Positions 31,179 through 41,666 are shown, counted from the first letter of the stretch. The stretch: DNA of 64,000 nucleotides from an uncultured cyanobacterium (GCA_963718615.1 OY970368.1:512001-576000), one strand, 5' to 3'. Numbers and translations are program-made. Notes: generated from the letters alone by a model not told the origin.

Positions 31179-31317
31179 GCTTGAACTCTGATTAGCGCTC
31201 ATGGCCACGCCTTCCTGGAATGGGTTAGATAATGGGCAGCACCTTTGGGTAATAGGGCAGATTCGTCACCCCGGTAGAATAGGGAATGCTCAACCACGCT
31301 CCTAGGCCCATTTACCG

Positions 31318-32217
31318 ATGCTGCATTTCTCTAAAGCCCGTTCCTGGTTTATGGTCATTCTTGTGCTAGCCGCCTTGGTAGGCTGTGGCGATCGCCAATC
31401 TCTAACCCCCACAGCCTCCAGCCCCAATCCCAACGCCAATCCCACCCCCCCCGACCCCCTCAGTCCAGCCTCTGACCCAACCCCCACAGAGTCAATATCC
31501 GTTACCACCGCCCCTAGCACCAACGCTCCTAGCACTAACGCTCCGGCCCTCGCCCTTGGCCAATATTGCTACACCACCCAAACCCAAACCCTATCCCAAG
31601 CCCTGCGCCTCAATCTTGCCGCCGATGGCTCCGTCACCGGAGATAGTGTTGCCACGGTCCAAAACGATGCAGCGGCATACTACACCAGCTATCGTCAGCA
31701 ATTTTCTGGCCAACTCAGTGCAAACCAACTCGCCGCCAATATAACCACCTGGATCGAATACGACGTTCAAAAAACCACCGCAACCTGGCGCGTCACCGCA
31801 GACCAGATCAAGACCGATCGTGAAACCCTCACCGCAGTAGACTGTGCAACCGTCAAAGAGCGTTTCGCGGGTCCCAATGGCCTAGAAGCGAATGATTTAC
31901 TAGATGGGGCTCAAAACGTCCATCGTCAAGTCGTGCAGTTTGAGCCCGGTGCTTCCTCGGCGGTACTGGAAGGGGCTGTGGTGCGGGGCGATCGCGATCT
32001 CTACATCCTCGGAGCCCAGGGAGGCCAAACCATGAACCTGGCGATCGCCTCCACCGAAGACAACGCTGTTTTTGACGTGGTTTCCCCCAATGGCACGATT
32101 CTTCTCACCGAAGCAAGCAATCAGCAGGTGCCCCTACCCACCACAGGCGATTACCAAGTCATTGTGGGAGGAACCCGAGGCAATGCAACCTACAAGCTAA
32201 CGGTGGAGATCCGCTAG
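31318..32217 (+). CDS. lipoprotein with C-terminal PPC-like beta-sandwich
   Basis: Lipobox LVGC, Pro/Thr linker, YxLxAxxGQ...LPxTGDY...GNATY. Confidence 0.75.
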   Translation: MLHFSKARSWFMVILVLAALVGCGDRQSLTPTASSPNPNANPTPPDPLSPASDPTPTESISVTTAPSTNAPSTNAPALALGQYCYTTQTQTLSQALRLNLAADGSVTGDSVATVQNDAAAYYTSYRQQFSGQLSANQLAANITTWIEYDVQKTTATWRVTADQIKTDRETLTAVDCATVKERFAGPNGLEANDLLDGAQNVHRQVVQFEPGASSAVLEGAVVRGDRDLYILGAQGGQTMNLAIASTEDNAVFDVVSPNGTILLTEASNQQVPLPTTGDYQVIVGGTRGNATYKLTVEIR

Positions 32218-32870
32218 TCCTCCATCTGAGACGCATGGGGAATCGCCGGGACATCGACCGGGTCAAAGCAAACATTAGCCGCTTGCACTTGACGATACAA
32301 CTTTATTCGACTGCGGTGGGGTTGCCAGCCCCAAAGCAACTTCGCAATGCCATCCCAAATCGTCACCCAGGCGAAAATAGTCCAAGCCTGTCCCCAAAGC
32401 TGGATCGAAAATCCATTGGGTGGCGGAAAATCGTAAGCACCAGACTGAATCAGCACGGTCACTACCCCCGCGCCGAGACTCATTAACAACAGCCCATTGC
32501 GCAGGACTTCCAGCAGCGTGCGCTGTTCTCGCGTTTCTAGGTTACTAAAAAAGTTTTTGAGATTACAGCGAGCCGTATCGCATTGCATCGCCTCAGTCTC
32601 TTGGGCAATTTTGAGATGTATATCAAACCGATCGCTACTGACTTGGCCAATGCGATACAACAGCGAGTCCACAAACTCAGGATTGAGCCGTCGATAGGGC
32701 TGCTCCACCGCACCGTCAAAGCGATCAAACAGCGCCTCTAATTCGGGCAGGACAAATGTCAAAACGGTTTGTCCGTCTTGGCTCTCCGTAAGACCCGCCT
32801 CGCTCAGACTCAAGGGCGATCGCGGACGGGTCTCTCGTCTCCACGGAAATAGGGCGCGGGTTCGCTGCAT
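32214..32870 (-). CDS. hypothetical membrane protein (2 C-terminal TM helices)
   Basis: 218-aa ORF starting directly after the panC/cmk stop; two hydrophobic segments. Confidence 0.65.
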   Translation of the reverse strand: MQRTRALFPWRRETRPRSPLSLSEAGLTESQDGQTVLTFVLPELEALFDRFDGAVEQPYRRLNPEFVDSLLYRIGQVSSDRFDIHLKIAQETEAMQCDTARCNLKNFFSNLETREQRTLLEVLRNGLLLMSLGAGVVTVLIQSGAYDFPPPNGFSIQLWGQAWTIFAWVTIWDGIAKLLWGWQPHRSRIKLYRQVQAANVCFDPVDVPAIPHASQMED

Positions 32871-32872
32871 TG

Positions 32873-34492
32873 CTAGGCGTCGATCCGAGTGCGATCGCCC
32901 AAACCGTGATACAGCCTAACAATCTTATCGGTCACTTCTTCAATCGTCAGACCATCCGTGAGCAGCTCAATGGCATCCCCCGCTTTTTTCAACGGCGACA
33001 CCGCGCGAGTGCTGTCTTTGCGATCCCGCTCAAAGATCTGCTGTTCCAAGACCTCCAAGGCCGGGGGCTCTTGGCCTTGTTCTAGCAGATCCGCCTGCCG
33101 CCGCCGCGCTCGCTCTTGAATTGTGGCCGTTAGGAAGATTTTGAGCTCTGCTTCGGGAAATACGGTGGTCCCGATGTCTCGACCTTCAGCCACAATGCCC
33201 CCCTGACGACCATATTCCTGCTGTTGGCGCACAAGCTGCTGCCGCACGAGGGGCTGAGCTGCGATCGTCGAAACCTTTTGGCTAATTCGGGTGGTGCGAA
33301 TCTCCTGGGTCACTTCCCGATCATCGACCCAAACGCGCGTGAGCTGCTGGGTGGGATCCTCTGTCGCCGTGAGCTGCGGAAACTCGAAGCGGATCTGGCT
33401 AGTGGCCATCCGTTCTGCCACTGCGGCCTCATCCTCCAGGGAAAGACCGGCATCCAGCACAAGCCAAGTCACGGCCCGATACATCGCCCCTGTATCCAGA
33501 TAGCGCAGCCCGAGAGCCTGGGCCACCCGTCGCGTCACGGTAGACTTGCCTGCTCCCGCTGGGCCATCGATGGCCACGGTAGCTTGGCGCTGCACGAGCA
33601 GCAGATTGTCAATTAAGCGGGCGGGTCCCACTTGAGCTGCGATCGCCAACAGTCCGACCTCCTGAATCTTGTCTAAAGGCTGTAAGGTTTCAGGATGCAC
33701 CAGTTCGATGTACTCGACCGCTAGAGCGGATCCAGGGGGTTGCCCCGATGGGGATGGCCCAACCTGAGTCTGCCGGAAAAATTCGCAGCGAGCCGCTTCA
33801 ATCAACGCTGAGGCATGCCGCTCTCCATTGTGAAACAATTTCTGCGCCTTTTGTAATCCTCGCGACAATGCTAAAGCTTGCTTTTTTTCCTCTTCGGATA
33901 AATAAGTATTCCGGGAACTCAAGGCCAATCCTGTGACTTCTCGCACAATCGGACAGCCAATAATTTCTCCAGGCAAATTTAAATCTTGACTCAGCCGCCG
34001 CAAAATCGCCAACTGCTGGGCATCCTTTTGGCCAAAATAGGCGCGGGTCGGTCGAACAATATTTAAGAGTTTCGTGACAACGGTGGCGACCCCCTGGAAA
34101 TGACCTGGACGCGATCGCCCACACAGTCCCGAGGTCATCGACACCGGCGGCACCACCTGGGTCAAAGAGGTCTGGGGGCCAGGACCGGCTTCACTGCCAT
34201 AGATCGCCGCCACCGTTGGCATAAAAAGAATATTTACCCCTGCCGCTTCGCAGAGAGTCTGATCCGCCGCGAGGCTGCGGGGATATTTGGCCAGATCTTC
34301 CTGGGGGCCAAACTGCAGCGGATTGACAAAAATCGAGACCACCACCAGGGCATTTTCCTGGCGAGCGCGATCGATCAAACTCCGATGTCCTGCATGGAGC
34401 GCCCCCATGGTGGGCACAAACCCGATGGAATCCCGATCCGGGTTTAGCTCAAGATAGCGCTGCAAAGCCGCGACAGTGGTGAAACAGCGCAC
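32873..34492 (-). CDS. panC/cmk: bifunctional pantoate--beta-alanine ligase / cytidylate kinase
   Basis: VPTMGALHAGH, RPGHF, ALSSRN, RLIDN, then IDGPAGAGKS, DTGAMYR, EGRDIG. Confidence 0.95.
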   Translation of the reverse strand: MRCFTTVAALQRYLELNPDRDSIGFVPTMGALHAGHRSLIDRARQENALVVVSIFVNPLQFGPQEDLAKYPRSLAADQTLCEAAGVNILFMPTVAAIYGSEAGPGPQTSLTQVVPPVSMTSGLCGRSRPGHFQGVATVVTKLLNIVRPTRAYFGQKDAQQLAILRRLSQDLNLPGEIIGCPIVREVTGLALSSRNTYLSEEEKKQALALSRGLQKAQKLFHNGERHASALIEAARCEFFRQTQVGPSPSGQPPGSALAVEYIELVHPETLQPLDKIQEVGLLAIAAQVGPARLIDNLLLVQRQATVAIDGPAGAGKSTVTRRVAQALGLRYLDTGAMYRAVTWLVLDAGLSLEDEAAVAERMATSQIRFEFPQLTATEDPTQQLTRVWVDDREVTQEIRTTRISQKVSTIAAQPLVRQQLVRQQQEYGRQGGIVAEGRDIGTTVFPEAELKIFLTATIQERARRRQADLLEQGQEPPALEVLEQQIFERDRKDSTRAVSPLKKAGDAIELLTDGLTIEEVTDKIVRLYHGLGDRTRIDA

Positions 34493-34640
34493 AGGCCTTC
34501 TCCGTTTTGACAATCCAAAAACAATAAATTCCCAAAATGATCAATTGCAACTGCTCCCAACGCCGCCATGGCCTCAGGAGCAGTTACGTCTCATCTATAT
34601 TAGGGCGTCATTGGGGGGTCAATGGAAAAGCCCTAGGGCG

Positions 34641-34701
34641 CTAGTTCAAGGTTCTAGTTCAAGGTGCTAGTTCAAGGCGCTAGTTCAAGGTGTTAATTCA
34701 A
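34641..34701. repeat. five 13-nt tandem repeats of the rlpA terminal codons
   Basis: CTAGTTCAA at 34641, 34654, 34667, 34680 and TTAATTCAA at 34693. Confidence 0.9.
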
Positions 34702-35760
34702 AACGTCGAGACGAACCGGAGCGACTCCTGCATTGGTGAGGCCAATGTAGTCAGCAGCGCCTGCGGAGAGGTCGATGACGCGATCGCCCGCATAAGGACC
34801 CCGGTCATTGATCCGCACCGTCACCGCAGAGCCGTTGTTGAGGTTGGTGACCCGCACCAAGGTCCCAAAGGGCAAATAGCGGTGAGCCGCTGTCATGGCG
34901 TATTGGTTAAAGACCTCGCCACTAGCGCTCTGGTTGCCGTGGAAGCCTGGACCATACCAAGAGGCCCAGCCCTTCTGATAGAACGAGCCTGCCGCTGCGA
35001 CCATCGCGGGTTTGGACACCGCTTTCGGCAAATTGGCCACCACCTTCAAGGGCTCTGCCGCGCTTTGCCCCAACAATCGCCGGAAGCGATTGGTCGCCTG
35101 TAACGCATCCTCGGTGCGGGTGCCGGTGCTGTCCGGCAAAATCACCTGTTCGTCTAGGGTGACCAGAGTATCATCCCCCATCTGAACCAGATACTTTTCG
35201 TCGTCCCACTTCACGGAAATCTTGCGGGCGTCCACCTCACCGGAGCGTCCCAGTTGGTTCAGTCTCGCCGCAATTTGGCTCGCTTTCCAGAGCGGATCAT
35301 GGGAATTTTCGGCAGAATTTTCGGCCTTGCCTGCCGCTAATTTGCGGGTTTCGGTGGCATCCTTGGTATCCTGGGTCGCTGGGGTCACAGCCTCAGCAGC
35401 GGTGGTGGATGGGGAGGATTCTTGACCCAGGAAGGTTAGAACTGGAATATCCCGAACGTAGAGTGTAGCGGCAGGCCGGGAATCGAGGGTGTGGGAAAAA
35501 ACTTTAGCGATCGCAGTAGAAGTTGCAGTTTTGGAGACTTTAGATTGATCCGAAGCGGGTTCTCCAACTTTGACTGCGATGGAGGAGGAATCGTCCGTTG
35601 AGGAATTGGAAACTTTCTCTTGAAGCTGTACGTCTGCGGGCTTATCCGCTCGTACTTCTTCGGCTTCGACTTCGACGGGACTGATCCCGTTAACCGTTAC
35701 CCAGCTGACCGCAGATGCGAAAAGTGCGATAACGACATTGCCCAAACGTTTATATTTCAT
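34693..35760 (-). CDS. rlpA: septal ring lytic transglycosylase RlpA family protein
   Basis: ASWYG, TAAHR, LPFGT, INDRGP, IDLS. Confidence 0.92.
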   Translation of the reverse strand: MKYKRLGNVVIALFASAVSWVTVNGISPVEVEAEEVRADKPADVQLQEKVSNSSTDDSSSIAVKVGEPASDQSKVSKTATSTAIAKVFSHTLDSRPAATLYVRDIPVLTFLGQESSPSTTAAEAVTPATQDTKDATETRKLAAGKAENSAENSHDPLWKASQIAARLNQLGRSGEVDARKISVKWDDEKYLVQMGDDTLVTLDEQVILPDSTGTRTEDALQATNRFRRLLGQSAAEPLKVVANLPKAVSKPAMVAAAGSFYQKGWASWYGPGFHGNQSASGEVFNQYAMTAAHRYLPFGTLVRVTNLNNGSAVTVRINDRGPYAGDRVIDLSAGAADYIGLTNAGVAPVRLDVLN

Positions 35761-36479
35761 AGTCTCTGCTTGAGTTCACCAGGGGGGTCACGGTCTTTGC
35801 CAAGCCCAGAAGCGGATTGACTCAAGTCACTGAACAATGCGGAGCAAAGTGCAAAGATGCTTGAGCAGCGATCGCTAAGGGCACAGGGAATTGAGCAAAG
35901 CCCCTGAAATCAAGTTCTCGGTGGCGTCGAGAGGAGAATCCTCCCGAATCAATTCGAAAGCGTGATCTCAGAACGGACCCTTCTTGTTGCGGACCTTTGT
36001 TACAGAACTTCACGACCTTACCACGAAGTTTTTGCCCTGAACATCGGGGGATTTGCGTGGGCATTCTCTGCAAAAAGTCAATTAAATAGGGTTAGTAAAA
36101 TCGCCAAAGCTTAAGCAAGCCTTAATTTCAGCGATTTTTTGAGGATCATCCGTGAAACGGGATAAATCCTTGGTTTTGTCAGTGAAAAAACGGAAATTCA
36201 AATTTCTGTGACGTTTCAAATTCCTGATTTCATCGTGGTTTGCAGCCTCTTTCCGTGAAAAGTGTTCGATTCCATACCAGGAATTATCTTTTCGGTTTAG
36301 TAAAGATTTGATCGAGAAGATTTAGGTTGATTAAGTCGGTCAATCAAGGGGGTGTGAAAACCTGCTGACCTAGAAGGCTTGCTCTCGGTCAATCTCCCTA
36401 GGCACAATAGAACGTTGCCATCGGCTTGGAGAGGCCGACGGAGAATGCCGATTCAGGAGATCAAGGGAGATTAAGGAAG

Positions 36480-37508
36480 ATGGACTATCGGGCTGCGGGG
36501 GTAGATGTGGAGGCAGGACGTCAGTTTGTCTCTCGCATCAAGGAGATGGTGGCCCAAACCTATCGACCGGGGGTGCTCGGCGGATTAGGGGGATTCGGTG
36601 GGCTATTCGAGCTTCCTGGGGGGTATCGGCAACCGGTGTTGGTCTCGGGGACGGATGGGGTTGGAACGAAACTGAAGTTGGCCCATCAGCTCGATCGCCA
36701 TGAAACCGTCGGGATTGATCTCGTCGCAATGTGCGTCAATGATGTCTTAACCTGTGGTGCAGAGCCGCTGTTTTTTCTGGACTACATCGCCACGGGGAAG
36801 CTCAACGAAGAGCAGTTAGCAGCGGTGGTGAGTGGCATTGCCCAGGGGTGTAAGGCATCGGGTTGTGCGCTATCCGGGGGCGAAACGGCGGAGATGCCGG
36901 GATTTTATGGTCCGGGAGAATATGATCTGGCGGGGTTTTGCGTGGCGATCGTTGAGAAATCCGAGATTCTAGATGGATCCCAGGTTCAGGTGGGGGATGT
37001 GGCGATCGCCCTCCCCAGCAGCGGTGTCCATAGCAATGGCTACAGTCTGGTCCGCAAAATTGTGGAGACTCAAGGACTAGCCTGGACCGATAGAGTGGAA
37101 GCCTTCGGCCCGCAAACCCTCGGGGAGGTTTTTCTGACGCCAACCCAGCTTTACGTCCAGCCCGTTCTCCAGGCCCTGAAGGAAAAACTACCCATTCACG
37201 CCATGGCCCACATTACCGGCGGTGGTTTACCGGAGAATTTGCCCCGCTGTTTGGGGGAAGGCAAGAGCGTTCAGGTGAATGGGGATTCCTGGGAAATTCC
37301 CCGTGTCTTTCAGTGGCTGCAATCTGCCGGTCAGGTTCCAGCGGCAGCGATGTTTGAGACCTTTAATATGGGCGTGGGGTATGTGGTGATCGTGCCGCCG
37401 GAGGCTTTGGAGAGGGCGATCGCTTTCTTCCAAGCCCAAGGTCTCGCCGCCTGGCACCTTGGCGAAGTTATCCCTGGCAATGGCGAAATTCGGGGGCTTC
37501 CCAGTTAG
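36480..37508 (+). CDS. purM: phosphoribosylformylglycinamidine cyclo-ligase
   Basis: Yxx[35 protein letters not shown]. Confidence 0.97.
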   Translation: MDYRAAGVDVEAGRQFVSRIKEMVAQTYRPGVLGGLGGFGGLFELPGGYRQPVLVSGTDGVGTKLKLAHQLDRHETVGIDLVAMCVNDVLTCGAEPLFFLDYIATGKLNEEQLAAVVSGIAQGCKASGCALSGGETAEMPGFYGPGEYDLAGFCVAIVEKSEILDGSQVQVGDVAIALPSSGVHSNGYSLVRKIVETQGLAWTDRVEAFGPQTLGEVFLTPTQLYVQPVLQALKEKLPIHAMAHITGGGLPENLPRCLGEGKSVQVNGDSWEIPRVFQWLQSAGQVPAAAMFETFNMGVGYVVIVPPEALERAIAFFQAQGLAAWHLGEVIPGNGEIRGLPS

Positions 37509-37539
37509 AAATCACCCATGCAAAAACGCTAATTCAAAA

Positions 37540-37611
37540 AGGCGGCACCCAGATTCGAACTGGGGGATGAGGGTTTTGCAGACCCTTGCCTTACCACTTG
37601 GCTATGCCGCC
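37540..37611 (-). tRNA. trnC: tRNA-Cys (GCA)
   Basis: GGCGGCATAGCCAAGTGGTAAGGC-AGGGTCTGCAAAACCCT-...CCCAGTTCGAATCTGGG-TGCCGCC-T cloverleaf; CCA not encoded. Confidence 0.97.
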
Positions 37612-37663
37612 ATGCCTCTTCGGCTCCTAATATAACAGATGCTGCACAACAGATCATCTTCCT

Positions 37664-39019
37664 ATGTCATCGGCGTCTCTCTCTTCTCCTTCGCGGTTGC
37701 TGTGTTTGAGCAATGGCCATGGGGAGGACCAAATTGCGGTTCGCATTCTTCAAGCCCTTCAAACTCAGCCACAAGCACCAGAGATGGTCGCGATGCCGAT
37801 GGTGGGGAATGGCCATGCCTATCAAAACGCGGGGATACCTCTAATTGGCCCGAGCAAAACGCTGCCCTCGGGGGGGTTTATCTACATGGATGGGCGACAG
37901 TTGGCGAAGGACGTCCAAGGGGGATTGTTAGGACTCTTGGGAGAGCAATGGCGGGCGGTGCGGCAGTGGCGGGATGGCGGGCAGGGTAGCTCTAACAACA
38001 GGGGGAGACCGGGGGGCGCTTTAATCCTGGCGGTGGGGGATATTGTGCCGCTCCTGTTGGGCTGGTTCAGCGGGGTGCCCTATGCCTTTGTGGGAACGGC
38101 GAAGTCGGATTATTACCTACGGGATGAAATTGGACCGCTAAAGCGTCAGGGCGTGATGGCAAAACTGGAGTCGCGATCGCCCTCGGTCTATTTGCCTTGG
38201 GAGCGTTGGCTCATGTCTCGCTCTCGCTGTCGGGCCGTGTTTCCGCGCGATCGCCTCACCGCCCAAACCCTCAAACGCTGGAAAATTCCGGTGTTTGATT
38301 TGGGAAATCCGATGATGGACGGTTTGGAACCGGAGCATCCAGAGGTGTTGCAGTATCCGTTTGAACGGGACAGTCTGAAGTTGCTGCTACTACCGGGCTC
38401 TCGTCCTCCGGAGGTCTATCGCAATTGGGAGTTGGTTTTGGAGGCGGTTAAGGCGTTGGTGCATCAACAGCGATCGCCCTGGGATTTAGGCGGTGCCGAT
38501 CGTCCGCTAGTTTTTCTGGGAGCAATGACGCCGGGATTAGATTTGGAGGCCTTGACCCAAACGGTACAGATACAGGGATGGTTGCCCCTGTCGGATGAGG
38601 GCGATCGCTTTGGGCCGCTGTTACCGGAAGGAGCGAGGGTCTTTGGGCGACGGCAGCATCGGCTGTTGTTGAGTCAACAGAGTTATGGGGATTATTTGCA
38701 ACTGGCGGATGGGGCGATCGCCATGGCGGGTACCGCAACGGAGCAGTTTGTCGGGTTAGGAAAACCGGCAATTATTATTCCGGGTCAGGGGCCTCAGTTT
38801 ACAGCGGCATTTGCGGAGGCGCAGACGCGGCTGTTGGGATCTTCGGTGCTGTTGGTGGAACAACCTTCGCGGGTGCCGGAGAGATTGGACGCATTGATGC
38901 AGAATCCAGATTGGTTGCGGGCGATCGCAGAGAATGGCAAGCGACGCATGGGGGAACCGGGTGCGGCAAGGCGGATTGCGAAAGAGTTGTTAACGCCTAG
39001 GGTTCAAACCCTAGGCTAA
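37664..39019 (+). CDS. lipid-A-disaccharide synthase-related glycosyltransferase (cyanobacterial family)
   Basis: SNGHGED, LPSGGF, GNPMMD, LLPGSR, MAGTATEQ. Confidence 0.85.
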   Translation: MSSASLSSPSRLLCLSNGHGEDQIAVRILQALQTQPQAPEMVAMPMVGNGHAYQNAGIPLIGPSKTLPSGGFIYMDGRQLAKDVQGGLLGLLGEQWRAVRQWRDGGQGSSNNRGRPGGALILAVGDIVPLLLGWFSGVPYAFVGTAKSDYYLRDEIGPLKRQGVMAKLESRSPSVYLPWERWLMSRSRCRAVFPRDRLTAQTLKRWKIPVFDLGNPMMDGLEPEHPEVLQYPFERDSLKLLLLPGSRPPEVYRNWELVLEAVKALVHQQRSPWDLGGADRPLVFLGAMTPGLDLEALTQTVQIQGWLPLSDEGDRFGPLLPEGARVFGRRQHRLLLSQQSYGDYLQLADGAIAMAGTATEQFVGLGKPAIIIPGQGPQFTAAFAEAQTRLLGSSVLLVEQPSRVPERLDALMQNPDWLRAIAENGKRRMGEPGAARRIAKELLTPRVQTLG

Positions 39020-39145
39020 ATGCTTAAACCGGTTGAAACCGATTCCCAAGGCTGCTGATCAGCTCTGGAGTCCATTTTAACGGACTTTCGCGGTTAGCCT
39101 TGGAATTTATTCCTTGGCGGTTTAGGGCTGGCTGCAAGATCTGAG
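38993..39145. repeat. composite REP-like palindromic element
   Basis: Hairpins GCCTAGGG/CCCTAGGC, CGGTT/AACCG, AGTCC/GGACT and imperfect GCCTTGGAAT/ATTCCTTGGC, arranged as a degenerate inverted pair. Confidence 0.65.
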
Positions 39146-39228
39146 TTGCCCTAGCCCACTCCAGCCGATTTCGGGGAATTCTAAAGCAATGAAGGTGCGC
39201 TACCCCTGTCCTGATTTTTCACCTTCTG

Positions 39229-40722
39229 ATGCTGTCCCGAATCCCTACCCCTTCAGCAGAGCCACTCCTGCGCCGGACTTTACAAGAGATCTGGGGCTAT
39301 TCAGACTTTCGCTCCCCCCAGCGCGAAATTATGCAGGCCATCCTCGAACAGCGAGATGTACTAGCAATTCTACCGACCGGCGCAGGCAAGTCTTTGTGCT
39401 TTCAGCTGCCTGCCATCGTGCGTCCGGGGCTGACGCTGGTGCTTTCGCCCCTGGTGGCACTGATGGAAAATCAGGTCCAAGAGCTGCGGGACAAAGGGGT
39501 TGCAGCGGGACTACTCCATAGTCAGATTTCCTCAACCCAGCGCCGCCAAGTGCTCAAAGCCTTGGACGATCAGCGCCTTAAACTGCTCTACGTCTCGCCA
39601 GAAACCCTGCTGAGTCGGAACCTTTGGCTACGGCTGTGCAATGCCGATCTGAAGCTTAACGGCATCGTCCTCGATGAAGCCCATTGCCTGGTGCAGTGGG
39701 GCAGCAGCTTTCGGCCCGCCTACGAGCGCTTGGGTGCCGTGCGGCGATCGCTCATGGCCCAGCGTCGGAATGGTGAATTTTTGCCCATTGCTGCGTTTAC
39801 CGCCACGGCGGATTTGCCAACCCAGCGATTGCTGATCAAAACTCTCCAGCTCCAGCGACCCGAAATTTTCCAGCAAAATATTTATCGTTCCAATCTCAAT
39901 CTCACCATCCAAACCGTTTGGACCCCTCGCCAACGCCGTCAGCAGACGCTGCGCTTTATCCGCAGTCGCGGCAAACAATCGGGTTTGATCTATGTCCGCA
40001 CCCGACGCGAGAGCGAATCTCTGGCTGAGGAACTGCGCGGCCAAGGCCTCAATACCGTGGCTTACCATGGGGGGTTGGGCGATCGCCGTCGTCGCCAAAT
40101 TGAACAAGACTGGCTCTGTAACCGCCTTCCCTTTGTGATCTGCACCTCCGCCTTTGGCATGGGAATCAACAAAGCCAACGTTCGCTGGATTTTGCACTAT
40201 CAAATGCCCTTGCTGCTTTCGGAATATGTCCAAGAAGTCGGACGGGGCGGGCGGGATGGCTTTGCCGCAGAAGCCCTGGCCTTAGTGAGCGAGCCCAGCG
40301 GGATCCTGGAACCGAGCGATCGCCAACGGGATCAGTTTTTTACCCAGCAAATCACCCAGCAAACCCAAACGGCGCGATCGCTCCTCCAGCAGCTCCCGGC
40401 TCAAGGTTCGGTAGAGGAGATCGAGCGACGGTTTCCTGAGGGGGCGATCGCCCTGGCGCTGCTGCACCGACTCGGCAAGGTTCGCTGGATTGATCCCTTT
40501 CACTATCGCCTCGCGGTTGGGTCCAGAAAGCTTGCTTCCCAGACGGGAACGCTACACCATAGCGCTACCACCCGCAGCTATATCCAGCGCCGCCAGTGTC
40601 GTTGGCAAACGCTGCTCACTAGCTTTGGTTGCGATCCCATGCCCCAAGACTGTGGCCATTGCGATGTTTGTCGTCAGCGTCAGGGCCTTAAAGCTGAAAC
40701 CTTTCTTCAAGCTCCGGCCTAA
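39229..40722 (+). CDS. recQ: RecQ-family ATP-dependent DNA helicase (short form, no HRDC)
   Basis: LPTGAGKS, DEAH, TATA, AFGMG, QEVGRGGRDG, C-terminal CRW...CGHCDVC. Confidence 0.9.
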   Translation: MLSRIPTPSAEPLLRRTLQEIWGYSDFRSPQREIMQAILEQRDVLAILPTGAGKSLCFQLPAIVRPGLTLVLSPLVALMENQVQELRDKGVAAGLLHSQISSTQRRQVLKALDDQRLKLLYVSPETLLSRNLWLRLCNADLKLNGIVLDEAHCLVQWGSSFRPAYERLGAVRRSLMAQRRNGEFLPIAAFTATADLPTQRLLIKTLQLQRPEIFQQNIYRSNLNLTIQTVWTPRQRRQQTLRFIRSRGKQSGLIYVRTRRESESLAEELRGQGLNTVAYHGGLGDRRRRQIEQDWLCNRLPFVICTSAFGMGINKANVRWILHYQMPLLLSEYVQEVGRGGRDGFAAEALALVSEPSGILEPSDRQRDQFFTQQITQQTQTARSLLQQLPAQGSVEEIERRFPEGAIALALLHRLGKVRWIDPFHYRLAVGSRKLASQTGTLHHSATTRSYIQRRQCRWQTLLTSFGCDPMPQDCGHCDVCRQRQGLKAETFLQAPA

Positions 40723-40817
40723 AACGCCTCCTGATACAGGCTTGACATCTAACTTCAACTCATTTTCCTCATTAGGAAATTAAAATTAGGAAATCGAAAA
40801 GTTTTAAGACAGTTTTT

Positions 40818-40831
40818 GTAGTTTTCTATAC
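40818..40831. promoter_or_regulatory. candidate NtcA box
   Basis: GTA-GTTTTCTA-TAC (GTA-N8-TAC) in an AT-rich intergenic region; no clean -10 element at the usual distance. Confidence 0.35.
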
Positions 40832-41201
40832 TTCCTTTTTGAGGCGATCGCGATATTGACGTTTTCAAATGAGGTAGTCCGATTGAATAACGGTGAATAA
40901 CGGACAGAAAACGATAGAGCACTATTGAGTGAGCTCAAACTCCCTATTTTGCTTGGGTTTACAGTCTGAGATTTTTCTCTACCCTACGATTTAAGAGCAC
41001 TACCGCCTCATTCAACCCTGATTAGAATTCTGTATCATTTGGATGCAATATTTTTTCTTTTTACGAATTTATTTTTCGCTTTATACCAAGAATTACCGAT
41101 ATAGTTTGATTAGGGCACTGGCTCTTCCCATGAGTCCGATTCATAACCTAGGAGTCCGAGGAGTCAGTCGTTTAGCCTCTTCTCTAACCGATATTATTGA
41201 T

Positions 41202-41666
41202 ATGACTCTCCTAAGCCTTGACCGAGCGGCTGCATTACTGAATCAAACCCTCGAAAATCGATTATTAGGTGTAGCCCGCTATACACACTATGCACTTATG
41301 GTCTCCGGCCAGGATCGTCTCAGACTGGCCAACTTTTTTACAGACTTAGCCAGTCAATCCTTGCAAGATGCCCAGGGCGTTAGTCGATGGCTCATGGCAT
41401 TGAATGAACGGCCTCGCCTGGACCTACCGGCGCTAACGGAGCCTAGTCGGCAATCCACCCAGGAAATGCTGCTGCGTGCTCTCCATCACGAGCGTAAACT
41501 TTTTAACTTGTACCAAGGCTTTCTCGCTGAATCGCGATTTCTCAACCCGTCTCTCACGCCCTTTGTCCAAAGCATGAGCGCCAGCACCGCCGCCAAAACC
41601 GATGAGCTCGGGCGAATGCTAGAGCAGTTCGAATCCTGTGTTTTGGCCTCGCCGCACGCCAGCTAA
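41202..41666 (+). CDS. bacterioferritin/ferritin-like protein with degenerate ferroxidase site
   Basis: GVARYTHYALMVSG..R...FF and LxHE match the cyanobacterial ferritin-like family; start at ATG 41202 inferred. Confidence 0.7.
   Translation: MTLLSLDRAAALLNQTLENRLLGVARYTHYALMVSGQDRLRLANFFTDLASQSLQDAQGVSRWLMALNERPRLDLPALTEPSRQSTQEMLLRALHHERKLFNLYQGFLAESRFLNPSLTPFVQSMSASTAAKTDELGRMLEQFESCVLASPHAS

Noticed and set aside
37500-37663. tRNA-Cys as an integration site
   Set aside because: Flanked by core genes; no integrase or duplicated tRNA 3' end seen
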